NCBI GenBank assembly: GCA_050742255.1
Contig: JBOGHU010000024.1
Coordinates: 1-47,167, forward strand
Source: Acidimicrobiales bacterium
Lineage (GTDB): Bacteria > Actinomycetota > Acidimicrobiia > Acidimicrobiales > CADCSY01
Reading direction: 5' to 3'
Length of the DNA: 47,167 nt
The position numbers were made by a program, and so were the translations under genes. The first letter of the stretch is position 1, and every line of letters starts with the position of its first letter. The notes under the pieces were generated by a model. That model was not told where the DNA came from and did no database searches. It saw nothing but the letters and a program-made list of their open reading frames with translations. This document shows, piece after piece, positions 46,694 through 47,167 of this stretch.

Positions 46694-46773
46694 GATCCTG
46701 GATCGCGAATTTCGTTGATCCTGGAACGCGAGATTCGTTGATCCTGGAACGCGAATTTCGGTGATCGCCAACA
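46694..46773. repeat. IS21 right terminal repeat region
   Basis: Three contiguous 23-bp units: gatcctggatcgcgaatttcgtt, gatcctggaacgcgagattcgtt and gatcctggaacgcgaatttcggt, at 46694-46762. These are followed by gatcgccaaca, which ends the element. Confidence 0.8.
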
Positions 46774-46901
46774 GGCCGCTTGGTGGCCTTGGGGGGACGA
46801 ACCGCCACCACGACGCACTCGTCGTCCTCGTCGAACTCGACGCCTTCGACGACTGCCTTCACCAGCCCCAGGAGGCGAGCCCATAGCCTTGTCGATCGCA
46901 C
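46774..46901 (-). pseudogene. 5-prime fragment (42 codons) of an ISL3-type transposase gene, cut by the IS21 element
   Basis: GTG 46901 follows GGGAGGAG. MRSTRLWARLLGLVKAVVEGVEFDEDDECVVVAVRPPKATKRP resembles ISL3-family N-termini as I recall them. The reading frame runs straight into the IS21 terminal AACA at 46773. Confidence 0.55.
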
Positions 46902-47167
46902 GCCGTGTCTCCTCCCTGCGAATCCAGCCCTCGAACAGCCGGAAACGTAGGCAGGAGGCGGCGTGCGGCCGCGGATGGGCTACTCAGGCGCCCACGGATA
47001 CGGATCGGGCACAAGAGCCGAAAATGTTGAGCACCACGAGCCTGACTTCCGCAGATGATGGGCACACGAGATGGGCAGAAGTAGGCCCTGACCAGGGAGT
47101 TTGGGCGCGCGGCAACGTAGGGGTCGTGTTACTACAGCCGGGAGGTCGGCCTACTCTTCAGCAGGGG

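Larger units (their letters stand above)
43527..46773 (+). mobile_element. IS21-family insertion sequence (3247 bp) carrying istA, istB and two extra ORFs
   Basis: The ends are TGTT...AACA. The left end carries aacgattctcgcgatc and gcgatcaacgaaattcgcgg. The right end carries three 23-bp tandem copies of the inverse motif. istA and istB lie inside. Confidence 0.8.

Noticed and set aside
46694-46762. Three 23-bp direct repeats that might be taken for a mini CRISPR array.
   Set aside because: The units are contiguous with no spacers. They are the inverse of the motifs at the left end of the IS21 element (43539-43575), so they are terminal transposase-binding repeats.

Overview
47.2 kb of very GC-rich DNA (about 70% GC by eye). 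The gene organisation looks actinobacterial: many GTG/TTG starts, ATGA/GTGA stop-start overlaps and probable leaderless promoters. All calls rest on reading the supplied ORF translations and the nucleotides directly, and family assignments come from remembered motifs, because no database search was possible. Gene content in order: dnaB; a BNR/Asp-box propeller protein; a TreT-like GT4 glycosyltransferase; a crp/fnr - SigR-like ECF sigma - RsrA-like anti-sigma unit; a GAF-ANTAR regulator; a siderophore locus; a large HTH-NB-ARC-TPR regulator; an unusual four-gene operon; a five-gene LivKHMGF-type ABC importer; a LigD PE-Pol protein; a BBE-oxidase remnant; vapBC; tRNA-Gly(CCC); dcd; a truncated-receiver OmpR-type regulator with amt-glnK; hppA-nhaA; and a 3.25 kb IS21-family element. 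The siderophore locus holds an FepC/FhuD/FhuB-type uptake system plus an rhbBCDEF-ordered NIS hydroxamate biosynthesis operon and an MFS gene. The four-gene operon, divergent from the large regulator, encodes a SnoaL-like protein, a membrane cupredoxin, a polytopic membrane protein and a divergent copper-amine-oxidase-fold protein. The IS21 element carries two extra translationally coupled passenger ORFs and sits inside a truncated ISL3-type transposase gene. Three observations stand out. (1) The CuAO-fold/cupredoxin operon has a non-canonical cofactor motif. (2) At least eight reading-frame disruptions fall within the siderophore locus, while the rest of the window reads cleanly. (3) The IS21 element carries a passenger module. 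No rRNA genes or CRISPR arrays were seen.
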